Program-made: the position numbers and the translations under genes
Notes under the pieces: generated by a model
Told to the model about the DNA's origin: nothing
The model's database searches: none
Seen by the model: only the letters and a program-made list of their open reading frames with translations
Source of the DNA: Candidatus Methylomirabilota bacterium
GTDB lineage: Bacteria > Methylomirabilota > Methylomirabilia > Rokubacteriales > DASRDR01
Assembly: GCA_035652475.1 (NCBI GenBank)
Contig: DASRDR010000288.1
Location: 1-47,917, forward strand
DNA: 47,917 bases
Reading direction: 5' to 3'
Shown: one piece after another, positions 27,363-35,522 of the stretch
Numbering within the stretch: the first letter of the stretch is position 1
Layout of the letters: the number at the start of each line of letters is the position of its first letter

Positions 27363-27386
27363 GCTCGGTCCTCTGCTGGACTCGGG

Positions 27387-27402
27387 TGCAGCCTCGGTGC
27401 CA
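27387..27402 (-). promoter_or_regulatory. sigma-54 promoter P2 (TGGCACcgaggCTGCA)
   Basis: The minus strand reads TGGCAC-N5-CTGCA with the canonical GG-N10-GC spacing, 24 nt upstream of the receiver ATG at 27362. Confidence 0.55.
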
Positions 27403-27529
27403 GGCCGGACCGCCGCACCGCCTCTCGCACCGCGGGCGTCCGGACGATCGGCAGGCCCGGTGGGCTGCCGGGACCCCAGTTGGGACCGCCGTGACCGGGC
27501 GGTCCGAGCGGCCGGGAGGCCGCGCCCGA

Positions 27530-28657
27530 TCACAGCGCGAACCGCACCCGGGCGCCGATGCCCCCCGCCCGCGCGAGCCCGGGGTGCGAATCGACCAGCC
27601 ACACGCCGCCGCCCGCCGCGATGGTCGCCGTGACGACGGCCTCACCGAGCTCGACCGCGATGGTCCCGTGGCGGCACTGCCGGCAGAGCGCCGCGGTGCC
27701 GGGCTGGAGGCCGCCGCAGGCGGAGCACCGCCGGCCGGACTCCCGGAAGGCGCGCAGCAGGTAGAGCTGGTCGACCGCGCCCCGCTGGGCCGCTTCGAGG
27801 ACGGCGTCCAGGCTCGCCACGGCCCGCCCATCCTTGGCCGCCTCGGTGAGGACGGTGTCCACCGCGCGCGCGAGCGCGGCGCGCTCGCCCGTCGCGAGCG
27901 CGGTCAGCGCCCGGTCGACGACGGCCGCCGGGGTCTCGTGCCGCGCGGCCGGTACCGCGCCGGCCACCCGGCTCGCGAGGGGCTCCGGCAGCCGTCGCCG
28001 GAGTGCCGCGACGACCTCGGCCGGCCCCGCGAGCACGATGCGCCCCGCGTCGTGCTCGTCGTCCAGCCGGCCCAGGGCCGCGGCTACCGCCTCGAGATGC
28101 TGGCCGCGATGCTCGGCGATGTGCCGCTGGTATCGCGACTGGGCGAGCTGCGCCCAGCCGCCCCGGCGGTGGCGACCGGGCACGTCGCTCTCCAGGCGAA
28201 CCGTGGCGCCCGCCCCACCGATGGAGACTGGCGTGAGCCACGCGCTCTCCGCGTCCACGAACGCGACCACGGTCTCCGGACTCTCGGTCAGGAGCGCGGC
28301 CAGGGGACGCAGGACCGGCGCGGGCGCGACGACGAACGTCGGCTCGAACGGGATCCGCGCCGGCAACAGCTCGCGCAGGGTCTCGTCGCCGCCAGCGAAG
28401 AGCGCCACGCCGTGCGCCTCCGGATGGCGCGCCTGGCCGATCAGCGCCTCGCCCTGGCCCTCGATCCAGTCGAGGGCCGCGGCGAGGCGCGGCGCTGGAT
28501 CCGCGGCCCGGGCGTTCCGGACCTCGCGCCGTAGGAAGACGCGCGTCCGCTCACGCTGGTGCTCGTCCCGCCAGTCCGTGTTCAGGTACACGCTCACGAC
28601 CGGCGTGCGGCCCCCGGTCAGCCTGGCCAGCCGGGGGAGCTGCTCGGTGATGCTCAT
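27530..28657 (-). CDS. bacterial eRF1-like (baeRF / Vms1-like release-factor fold) protein with a C-terminal zinc ribbon
   Basis: 375 aa: MSITEQLPRLARLTGGRTPVVSVYLNTDWRDEHQRERTRVFL..., a central GRHRRGGWAQLAQSRYQRHIAEH (the G-G-x-x-Q...RYQR block I associate with bacterial aeRF1-type families), and a C-terminal CSACGG...CRQCRHG. GAGGAG RBS. The family assignment is from memory of motifs, not a search. Confidence 0.65.
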   Translation of the reverse strand: MSITEQLPRLARLTGGRTPVVSVYLNTDWRDEHQRERTRVFLRREVRNARAADPAPRLAAALDWIEGQGEALIGQARHPEAHGVALFAGGDETLRELLPARIPFEPTFVVAPAPVLRPLAALLTESPETVVAFVDAESAWLTPVSIGGAGATVRLESDVPGRHRRGGWAQLAQSRYQRHIAEHRGQHLEAVAAALGRLDDEHDAGRIVLAGPAEVVAALRRRLPEPLASRVAGAVPAARHETPAAVVDRALTALATGERAALARAVDTVLTEAAKDGRAVASLDAVLEAAQRGAVDQLYLLRAFRESGRRCSACGGLQPGTAALCRQCRHGTIAVELGEAVVTATIAAGGGVWLVDSHPGLARAGGIGARVRFAL

Positions 28658-28820
28658 CGTGGGATCTCCTCGGCAGGCGCCCGCCGCCGCGGCGGCCCGC
28701 GCGTGCCGCGCGGCGGCCCTCGTAGGCGTCATCTGGCCCACGGGAGGTGGCCCGGCCGCGCTCCCCGGACGGGATCCGGGATCGGCGAGGTCGGCGACCA
28801 CCCCCGTCCGCGGGGCCGGA

Positions 28821-29255
28821 CTAGGCCGCCTTGATCGGGATCGCGGTGCCCTTCGCGCCCGCCGCCTTGGGCAGCGTCACCGAGAGGAGGCCGTTCTTGA
28901 AGGTCGCGGTGACCTTGCTTCCCTCGACCGCCGCCGGGAGGCGGATGGCCCGGGTGAAAGCGCCGTAGGACCGCTCGGTCCGATAGTAATGCTCGTCCTT
29001 GTCCTCCTTCTCCTGCTTCTTCTCGCCCTTGAGCACCAGCACCTGGTCCTCGAGGGAGAGCTGGATGTCCTTGGCGTCCATGCCCGGGACCTCGGCCTTC
29101 ACCACGACCGCGTCCTTCGTCTCGGAGACGTCGAGGGCCGGCGCCCACTCCCCGATCGCCGGGAACTGGAAGTCCCCCTCCCAGAAGCGATCGAAGAGGC
29201 GATCCATCTCCTTCTTCATCGTCGACACGCCGGTCCACGGTGACAATGCTCGCAT
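28821..29255 (-). CDS. Hsp20/alpha-crystallin small heat-shock protein
   Basis: WAPALDVSETKDAVVVKAEVPGMDAKDIQLSLEDQVLVLKGEKK...ERSYGAFTRAIRLPAAVEGSKVTATFKNGLLSVTLPK is the classic ACD. GGGAGGA RBS. Confidence 0.9.
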   Translation of the reverse strand: MRALSPWTGVSTMKKEMDRLFDRFWEGDFQFPAIGEWAPALDVSETKDAVVVKAEVPGMDAKDIQLSLEDQVLVLKGEKKQEKEDKDEHYYRTERSYGAFTRAIRLPAAVEGSKVTATFKNGLLSVTLPKAAGAKGTAIPIKAA

Positions 29256-29301
29256 GTCCGGTCCTCCCTCTTCGGTGATTTAATCGGTTCGCAGAACAGG
29301 G

Positions 29302-29317
29302 AGCAACGACGATGCCA
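29302..29317 (-). promoter_or_regulatory. sigma-54 promoter P1 (TGGCATcgtcgTTGCT)
   Basis: The minus strand reads TGGCAT-N5-TTGCT with exact GG-N10-GC spacing, 46 nt upstream of the hsp20 ATG (29255). It overlaps the ATG of the divergent GNAT ORF. Confidence 0.7.
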
Positions 29318-29956
29318 TGCGGGAAGGGTCGCGGGGACGCTCGATTACCTCGGCCCGGCCCTGGCGGTCTGGGGCAGGGGCCCCTCGGCTGGGGCGCTGA
29401 CGCCCCAGGGAAGACGGCCCGCCTGACTGATGGCTCCGAGGTCTCCATCCGGCCGATCCGGCCGGAAGACGCGCCCGCGCTGACGGCACTCTACGACCGG
29501 CTGAGCCCCCACACGGCGTACCAGCGGTTCTTCACCGTGATGCGCCGGCTGCCGCCGGAGTGGGCCCGCGTCCTCGCCAACGTCGACTATGACCGCCGGA
29601 TGGCATTCGTTGCCCTGACGCCCGACGACGGGGTGATCGGGGTGGCCCGCTACCCGTCGGAAGCCGGCGCCGACGAGGCGGAGATCGCGGTCGTGGTCCA
29701 GGACGGGTGGCAGGGTCGGGGTCTCGGGACGAGGCTGGTCACCGAGCTGATCGAGTACGCGCGGGGGAAGGGGATCCGGGAGTTCCGCGCCTACGTGCTG
29801 GCCGACAACGCGCGCATGCTCGCCCTGCTCGGGCGCGTCGCGACCGTGCTCGATCGCCGGACCGAGTCCGGCATCGTCTCCCTGCGGCTCGGGCCGCCGG
29901 CCGCGTCCGCGACGGTCCGGCCCCCCGCGACGCGGCGCGACCGGCCGCACTCGTGA
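29312..29956 (+). CDS. GNAT-family N-acetyltransferase (Pat C-terminal-domain-like)
   Basis: VSIRPIRPEDAPALTALYDRLSPHTAYQRFF...AFVAL...IGVARY...AEIAVVVQDGWQGRGLGTRLVTELIEYARGKGIREFRAYVLADNARM. The only canonical start is the ATG at 29312, which gives a roughly 38-aa low-complexity extension. Confidence 0.8.
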   Translation: MPCGKGRGDARLPRPGPGGLGQGPLGWGADAPGKTARLTDGSEVSIRPIRPEDAPALTALYDRLSPHTAYQRFFTVMRRLPPEWARVLANVDYDRRMAFVALTPDDGVIGVARYPSEAGADEAEIAVVVQDGWQGRGLGTRLVTELIEYARGKGIREFRAYVLADNARMLALLGRVATVLDRRTESGIVSLRLGPPAASATVRPPATRRDRPHS

Positions 29957-29976
29957 CCGCGGGTGCGCGGGCAGCG

Positions 29977-31671
29977 TCAGGCCGGGGCGATCGCCGGGAA
30001 CGACAGCGTGAAGGTCGCCCCCTTGCCCGGTGAGGATTCGACTTCGATCGTCCCCCCGTGATCCTGCACGATGCCGTAGCTCACCGCCAGCCCGAGGCCC
30101 GTGCCGGACGCCTTCGTCGTGTAGAAGGGCTCGAAGAGGTGCGGCAGGTCGCGGGGGGCGATCCCGGGGCCCGTGTCCGCGATGACGAGGCGGACCCATC
30201 GCGGGCGCCCGGGGACGGGGCCGGTCGACACGCGGATCTCGCCGCCCGTGGTCATGGCCTCCCGCGCGTTGGTGAGCAGGTTCAGGACGACCTGCTGGAG
30301 CGCGTTGCCGTCGCCCAGGAGCGGCGGGAGGTCGGGATCGAGCGCGGTGATGACGCGGACGTTGTCCGTGCTCAAGGGCTTCCCGGCCAGGAGCAGGGTC
30401 TCCTCGACCACCTTGTTCAGGGTCACCGGCTGCCGCTCGCCCGGGGAGTGCCGGGCGAAGGAGCGGAGCGCCTTGGCCACCCCGGCGACGCGGAGCACGT
30501 TTCGGTGGACGACGCTGAGGTCCTCGAGGTGCTGGGCCGGGAGCGCCTGGCCCTGGGCGTCCGCCAGCATGAGCTCGATCCGCGAGGAGATGATCCCGAG
30601 GGGGTTATTCATCTCGTGAGCCACACCCGCCACGAGCCGGCCCAGGGCCGCCAGCTTCTCGCTCTGGTACAGGATCTCCCGCTGCCGCCGGAGCTCCTCC
30701 TCGGTGCGCCGGTGCTCGAGGTGCTGGCCGATGCGGCTCCCGATGTCGCTCAGCATCGTGAGCAGCGCGTGATCCCGTGGCGCAACCTCGCGCCGGAGGA
30801 GCACCATGATGCCGATCATGCGCTGGTCGCTCCGGACCGGGAACGCGCACCCGGATCGGAGCTCGAGGCGCGCCGCGGCCGCCGCGCGGACGAACCCGAC
30901 CTCCTGCGCGACGTCCTCGGCCCAGAGCGCCTCGCCCGTCGCCCACACCCGGCCGGGGATGCCCATCCCCCGCGCGAGAGGGACCTGACGGCCGAGCGTG
31001 GCGAACTCTTCGGCGTCCAGGGTCTCCCGGTACCAGATCGCGTCGGATCGGAGGACGTCCTCGTCCACGCGCCAGAACTCGCCCAGGTCCCAGTCCAGGC
31101 TCTCGCAGAGCGCCAGGAGGAGGCGGGGGGCGAGGCCCTCCATCGGGCCGGATTCGGCGAACACGCGCGTCACCGCGAATTCCGCCTGCAGGCGCCGCTC
31201 GGCCTCCCGGCGCGGGGTGACGTCCGTGATGAAGCTGAGCGCGAAGAGCCCCTCGTCGGTCTCGATGAAGCTCAGGCTGATCTCCACCGGGAAGGTTCGG
31301 CCGTCCTTGCGCCGGGCGACCAGGTCGAGGCCCAGTCCCATCGGGCGGACTCGCGGATGGTCGAAGAAGCTGGCACGGTGGGCCAAGTGGGCGCCGCGGA
31401 GGTGCTCGGGCAGGAGGAGCTCGACGGCGAGCCCGCCGAGCTCGTCGCGCGCGTAGCCGAACATCTCCTCCGCGCGCTGGTTCGCCCAGACGATCCGGCC
31501 GGTGCGGTCGCTCATCAGGATGCCGAGCGGCGAGGTTTCCAGGACCTTCTCGGCCCTGGCCACCGACCCAAGGAGCAACGGGTTCGGCAGCCGACCGGAG
31601 CCGCCGGCGACCCCTGGTCGCGGCCGCTGCCTCGCCGCCGCGCCTCGCTTCCCCCGTGGCATGTCGCCCAC
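29977..31671 (-). CDS. cytoplasmic PAS-GAF sensor histidine kinase
   Basis: PAS (ILMSDRTGRIVWANQRAEEMFGYARDEL...RKDGRTFPVEISLS), GAF (LDWDLGEFWRVD...GMGIPGRVWATGEALW), HisKA (LAALGRLVAGVAHEMNNPL) and HATPase (NLLTNAREAM...DTGPGI...GTGLGLAVSYGIVQDHGG). No TM segment. Start at GTG 31671 or ATG 31662. Confidence 0.9.
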   Translation of the reverse strand: MGDMPRGKRGAAARQRPRPGVAGGSGRLPNPLLLGSVARAEKVLETSPLGILMSDRTGRIVWANQRAEEMFGYARDELGGLAVELLLPEHLRGAHLAHRASFFDHPRVRPMGLGLDLVARRKDGRTFPVEISLSFIETDEGLFALSFITDVTPRREAERRLQAEFAVTRVFAESGPMEGLAPRLLLALCESLDWDLGEFWRVDEDVLRSDAIWYRETLDAEEFATLGRQVPLARGMGIPGRVWATGEALWAEDVAQEVGFVRAAAAARLELRSGCAFPVRSDQRMIGIMVLLRREVAPRDHALLTMLSDIGSRIGQHLEHRRTEEELRRQREILYQSEKLAALGRLVAGVAHEMNNPLGIISSRIELMLADAQGQALPAQHLEDLSVVHRNVLRVAGVAKALRSFARHSPGERQPVTLNKVVEETLLLAGKPLSTDNVRVITALDPDLPPLLGDGNALQQVVLNLLTNAREAMTTGGEIRVSTGPVPGRPRWVRLVIADTGPGIAPRDLPHLFEPFYTTKASGTGLGLAVSYGIVQDHGGTIEVESSPGKGATFTLSFPAIAPA

Positions 31672-31862
31672 GCATTCTTCGCCCCACCGCGAGAGCCGTC
31701 AAGCACGGCCCTGGCCGAGTCGCGCCCGCTCCTCGATGGGCTGCTCCGGCATTCGGGGATAGGGCGGTCGCGCCTCACCCGCGGAGCCGCCGCCCCATCC
31801 GGAGCGCTTGCCCCGGGGAAGCGGGGCGTCGAAATCCTCGCCGCTGGTCGCGTGGATGCGCC

Positions 31863-31878
31863 TGGCACCCCGATTGCG
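31863..31878 (+). promoter_or_regulatory. sigma-54 promoter P3 (TGGCACcccgaTTGCG)
   Basis: The plus strand reads TGGCAC-N5-TTGCG with exact spacing, ending 15 nt before the receiver ATG at 31894. This implies a very short leader. Confidence 0.65.
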
Positions 31879-31893
31879 TCTCCTCCGGAGACC

Positions 31894-32286
31894 ATGGCGC
31901 GAACCGTTCTCCTGGTGGACGACGAGCCCGATCTGGTGGCGAACTGCCAGCGGCTGCTCCGGCCGCTGGGATACATCTGCCTGACCGCCGACACCGGGCT
32001 CGCCGCCCTCGAGCTGATCGAGAGCCGGAGCCCCGACCTGGTCGTCACGGACCTCCGCCTTCCCGGTGCCGACGGACTGGCGGTCACGCGAGCCGCGCGC
32101 GCGCACGGACCGGCGATCCCGGTGCTCCTCATGAGCGCGCACGATTCGTCCGATGGGCGGCGCGCAGCGGCTGAGGCCGGCGCGGCCGTGTACCTGGCGA
32201 AGCCGTTCACCAACGCGACGTTCGTCGCGGCGGTCCGCCGGCTCCTGAGCGATGGAGCGACGGTGGCCGAGGCGACGCCGTCGTAG
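31894..32286 (+). CDS. stand-alone CheY-like response-regulator receiver
   Basis: MARTVLLVDDEPDLVANCQRLLRPLGYICLTADTGLAALELIESRSPDLVVTDLRLPGADGLAV...VLLMSAH...YLAKPF. No output domain. Confidence 0.85.
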   Translation: MARTVLLVDDEPDLVANCQRLLRPLGYICLTADTGLAALELIESRSPDLVVTDLRLPGADGLAVTRAARAHGPAIPVLLMSAHDSSDGRRAAAEAGAAVYLAKPFTNATFVAAVRRLLSDGATVAEATPS

Positions 32287-32310
32287 AGGGACGCGCCGGG
32301 GCAACCCGGT

Positions 32311-34755
32311 TCAGGCCGCTCCCGCGTGTCCCGGCGGCGTCTCGCCGCGCGGAGCTGTCCGCCCCGCCTGGGCCTCGGCGGCGGCAATGACCTCGAGTCC
32401 TCGCAACAGGGCGTCGGGATTCAGCGAGATGCTGGTGATCCCGCGCTCGACCAGGAAGCGTGTGAACTCCGGGTAGTCGCTCGGCGCCTGGCCGCAGATG
32501 CCGATCCGCCGGCCGGCCGCCCGGGCCGCCTCGATGACCGCGCCCACCATCGCCAGGACCGCCGGGTTCCGCTCGTCGAAGATCGGCGCCACGAGCTCGG
32601 AATCGCGGTCGACGCCCAGGACGAGCTGGGTCAGGTCGTTCGAGCCGATCGAGAACCCATCGAACACCTGGGCGAACTCCCGGGCGAGGATCACGTTCGA
32701 CGGGATCTCGCACATCACGTAGACCTCCAGGCCGCGCTCGCCGCGGCGGAGGCCGTGCTCGGCCATGAGCGTCACCACCCGCTGTCCCTCCTCCGGCGTC
32801 CGGCAGAAGGGGATCATGAGCTTCACGTTGGTGAGCCCCATGTCGTCGCGGACTCGTCGCATCGCCCGGCACTCCAGCGCGAACCCCTCGCGATACCTGG
32901 GATGGGCGTACCGGGAGGCGCCCCGGAACCCGAGCATCGGGTTGGCCTCGGCCGGCTCGAACTCTCGCCCGCCGATCAGCCCCGCGTACTCGTTCGACTT
33001 GAAGTCCGAAAGCCGCACGATCACGTCCCTCGGGTAGAACGCGGCCGCGATCGTCGCGACCCCCTCGGCCAGCCGGTCGACGAAGTACCCGGCGCGGTCC
33101 GCGTAGCCGTCGGTCAGCGCGTCGATCGCCGAGCGGGTGGCCGGATCCGTCACCCGCTCCGGGTGGAGGAGCGCCAGTGGGTGCGCCTTCACGACGCTGG
33201 CGATGATGAACTCGATCCGGGCCAGGCCGACCCCGTCCGCCGGCAAGGTTCCCAGCCGGAACGCCTCTCCGGGGTTCCCGACGTTCAGCATGACCCCGGT
33301 GATCGGCCGGGGGAGGGTGCCCAGGTCCACGATCCGGCGCTGGAAGGGCACCGCGCCGCGGAAGACGGCCCCGTCCTCGCCCTCGGCGCAGCTCACGGTG
33401 ACGGTCGCGCCCTCCGGGATGGTCTCCGTGCCCCGCTCGGTCCCCACGATGCACGGGACCCCGAGCTCTCGGCTGACGATGGCGGCATGGCAGGTGCGGC
33501 CGCCACGATCCGTGACGATCGCCGCCGCCCGCTTCATGATGGGTTCCCAGTCGGGATCGGTCATGGGCGCCACCAGAACCTCGCCGGGCTCCAGGCGACC
33601 CAGGTCGCGGGGATCCCGGAGGCGCCGGGCGCGGCCGACCCCGATCCGGTCCCCGATCGCGCGACCGGTCGCGAGCCGCTCGAAGCCGTCCACCGGCCCG
33701 AGGGTGAACACCTCGATCTGGGGCCGGCGTTCGGCGCGGTGCACCGTCTCCGGGCGCGCCTGCAGGATGTAGAGCCGCTCGTCCTCCCCGTCGCGCGCCC
33801 ACTCGATGTCCATCGGGACCGCGCGGCCGACCTTCGCGGAGTAGTGCGCCTCGATGGCGAGGGCCAGGCGCGCCAGCTCCAGCACCTCGGGATCGCTGAG
33901 GCTCGGCCGGAGCCGTGCGCCGGCCGGGACCTCGAGCCGGACGGGGGCGCCCTCCGGGTCCAGGCCGAGCTTCCAGATCTTCTGCCGGACGGCGCGCTGC
34001 AGGATCGCCTGCTGTCCCGCGCGGAGGGCCGGCTTGAACACGCGGAACTCGTCCGGGTCCAGCTCGCCCTTCACGATCGGCTCGCCGAGCCCGTAGGCCG
34101 CGTTGATGACGACCACGTCCGGCGAGCCGCTGTCGGGGTCGATCGTGAACATGACCCCGGCGGCGCCGGTGTCGGCCCGGACCATTCGCTGGACCGCGAC
34201 CGAGAGGCGGACGGCCAGGTGATCGAATCCGTGCTCCACGCGGTACACGATCGCGCGATCGGTGAACAGGGACGCGAAGCAGCGCCGGCAGGCCTCCAGC
34301 AGCCGCTCGGGCCCGCGCACCCCCAGGAACGTCTCCTGCTGGCCAGCGAAGCTCGCCTCCGGGAGGTCCTCGGCGGTGGCGCTGGACCGGACTGCGACCG
34401 CGGGCTCGACGCCGGTCTCGCCCTGCATGGTCGCGTACGCGTCGCGGATCTCCTGGTCGAGGCCGGCCGGCCACGGCGCCTCCAGGAGGAGCGCGCGGGC
34501 AGCCATCCCGGCCCGGGCCAGGGCCGTCACGTCCTCGCCGGAGATCCCGCGCACGAGCGACTCGAGGCGAGCCCGAACCCCCGCGCCGTCGAGGAGGGCT
34601 GCGTAGGCCTCCGCGGTGACGGCGAACCCGTTCGGGACCCGGACGCCGGCCGCCGCCAGCTCGCCGTAGAGCTCCCCGAGGGAGGCGGTCTTGCCCCCGA
34701 CGAGCGGGAGATCGCGAAGGCGGATGTCCCGGAACCAGCGGATGTACCGCGGCAC
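32311..34755 (-). CDS. ppsA: phosphoenolpyruvate synthase (pyruvate, water dikinase)
   Basis: IRWFRDIRLRDLPLVGGKTASLGELY, the phosphohistidine region GGRTCHAAIVSRELGVPCIVG, and a C-terminal PEP-utilising TIM barrel (FSIGSNDLTQL). 814 aa, GTG start. Confidence 0.95.
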   Translation of the reverse strand: MPRYIRWFRDIRLRDLPLVGGKTASLGELYGELAAAGVRVPNGFAVTAEAYAALLDGAGVRARLESLVRGISGEDVTALARAGMAARALLLEAPWPAGLDQEIRDAYATMQGETGVEPAVAVRSSATAEDLPEASFAGQQETFLGVRGPERLLEACRRCFASLFTDRAIVYRVEHGFDHLAVRLSVAVQRMVRADTGAAGVMFTIDPDSGSPDVVVINAAYGLGEPIVKGELDPDEFRVFKPALRAGQQAILQRAVRQKIWKLGLDPEGAPVRLEVPAGARLRPSLSDPEVLELARLALAIEAHYSAKVGRAVPMDIEWARDGEDERLYILQARPETVHRAERRPQIEVFTLGPVDGFERLATGRAIGDRIGVGRARRLRDPRDLGRLEPGEVLVAPMTDPDWEPIMKRAAAIVTDRGGRTCHAAIVSRELGVPCIVGTERGTETIPEGATVTVSCAEGEDGAVFRGAVPFQRRIVDLGTLPRPITGVMLNVGNPGEAFRLGTLPADGVGLARIEFIIASVVKAHPLALLHPERVTDPATRSAIDALTDGYADRAGYFVDRLAEGVATIAAAFYPRDVIVRLSDFKSNEYAGLIGGREFEPAEANPMLGFRGASRYAHPRYREGFALECRAMRRVRDDMGLTNVKLMIPFCRTPEEGQRVVTLMAEHGLRRGERGLEVYVMCEIPSNVILAREFAQVFDGFSIGSNDLTQLVLGVDRDSELVAPIFDERNPAVLAMVGAVIEAARAAGRRIGICGQAPSDYPEFTRFLVERGITSISLNPDALLRGLEVIAAAEAQAGRTAPRGETPPGHAGAA

Positions 34756-34851
34756 TCAGGGTCTCCGCGCGTAGATCCACACCGCCGTCCCCACGACCAG
34801 CGCGACCACCGCCGCCACGATCGCCCACTGGTCCTGGATCGCCTGGACCAT
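34756..34851 (-). CDS. 31-aa hydrophobic peptide immediately upstream of ppsA
   Basis: MVQAIQDQWAIVAAVVALVVGTAVWIYARRP, with GAGGAGG 7 nt before the ATG. Its TGA abuts the ppsA GTG (TGAGTG). Confidence 0.4.
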   Translation of the reverse strand: MVQAIQDQWAIVAAVVALVVGTAVWIYARRP

Positions 34852-35138
34852 CGCCGCACCTCCTCGGCGCCGAGGATCCCCGAGCCCCGGGCCTTCGTGC
34901 TTCGTGAACGTCAGTCCCCGGGGGTCGCCGCGCGCCGGTCGTTCCGGCCCGTGCCGACCCCGCCTCCCCGCCGGCAGCGGACCCCCGCCGGGCGGTCGTG
35001 GAGCGGTCCGGCCCGGACGCTCGGACCCGGCGACTCCGCGGTCGTCAGCGCCGTCGCCACGGCGGCGACGAGGGCGGACGGAGATGCCGGGCGCGAGGGC
35101 CCGGGGACGCTGCCGCCGGTGCGTCACCCGGCGGGTGC

Positions 35139-35498
35139 TCAGCTCGATGGATCGTCGCCCGCCGCGTCGCGTGCCAGATGCCAGTAGTGCCGGTCACGGT
35201 CCCGCAGGATCTCCCCGGACGTCCGCACCTCGGCGTCGGCGGCCTGCGGGACGCCGAGCGCCTCCCCGATCTCGTCCACGACGTCCTGGTCGGGCGTCGC
35301 CACGCTGCCGCCGACCGCTTCCTCCCCCGAGGCGGCCGCCCGCTCCCAGTCGGCATCGGGATCGCCGCCGGTCAGGCGACACGCCGGCGCGGCCGGGAGC
35401 TCGGCATCGCCCGCGAACTCGTCGGCCCGGGGACTCATGATGGGGGGCAACCGCTGCGGGACGTCGGGCCGTCGGGCACGGCGGGCCTTCTTCTCCAT
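35139..35498 (-). CDS. acidic conserved-hypothetical protein (DUF6335-like by recollection)
   Basis: ...LTGGDPDADWERAAASGEEAVGGSVATPDQDVVDEIGEALGVPQAADAEVRTSGEILRDRDRHYWHL. GGAGGA RBS. It lies 24 nt after the tandem-USP stop. Confidence 0.6.
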   Translation of the reverse strand: MEKKARRARRPDVPQRLPPIMSPRADEFAGDAELPAAPACRLTGGDPDADWERAAASGEEAVGGSVATPDQDVVDEIGEALGVPQAADAEVRTSGEILRDRDRHYWHLARDAAGDDPSS

Positions 35499-35522
35499 GG
35501 CTGATCCTCCGCTCGCGCGTGC

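Noticed and set aside
29256-29301. ROSE-like RNA thermometer in the hsp20 leader (the AT-richer TTAAATCACC segment)
   Set aside because: The predicted 37-nt leader contains no stretch complementary to the GGGAGGA Shine-Dalgarno sequence that could mask it.
32326-35187. 953-aa plus-strand ORF, and the 873-aa minus-strand ORF 32207-34828
   Set aside because: Both overlap ppsA in the wrong strand or frame, and only the 32311-34755 frame carries PEP-synthase motifs.
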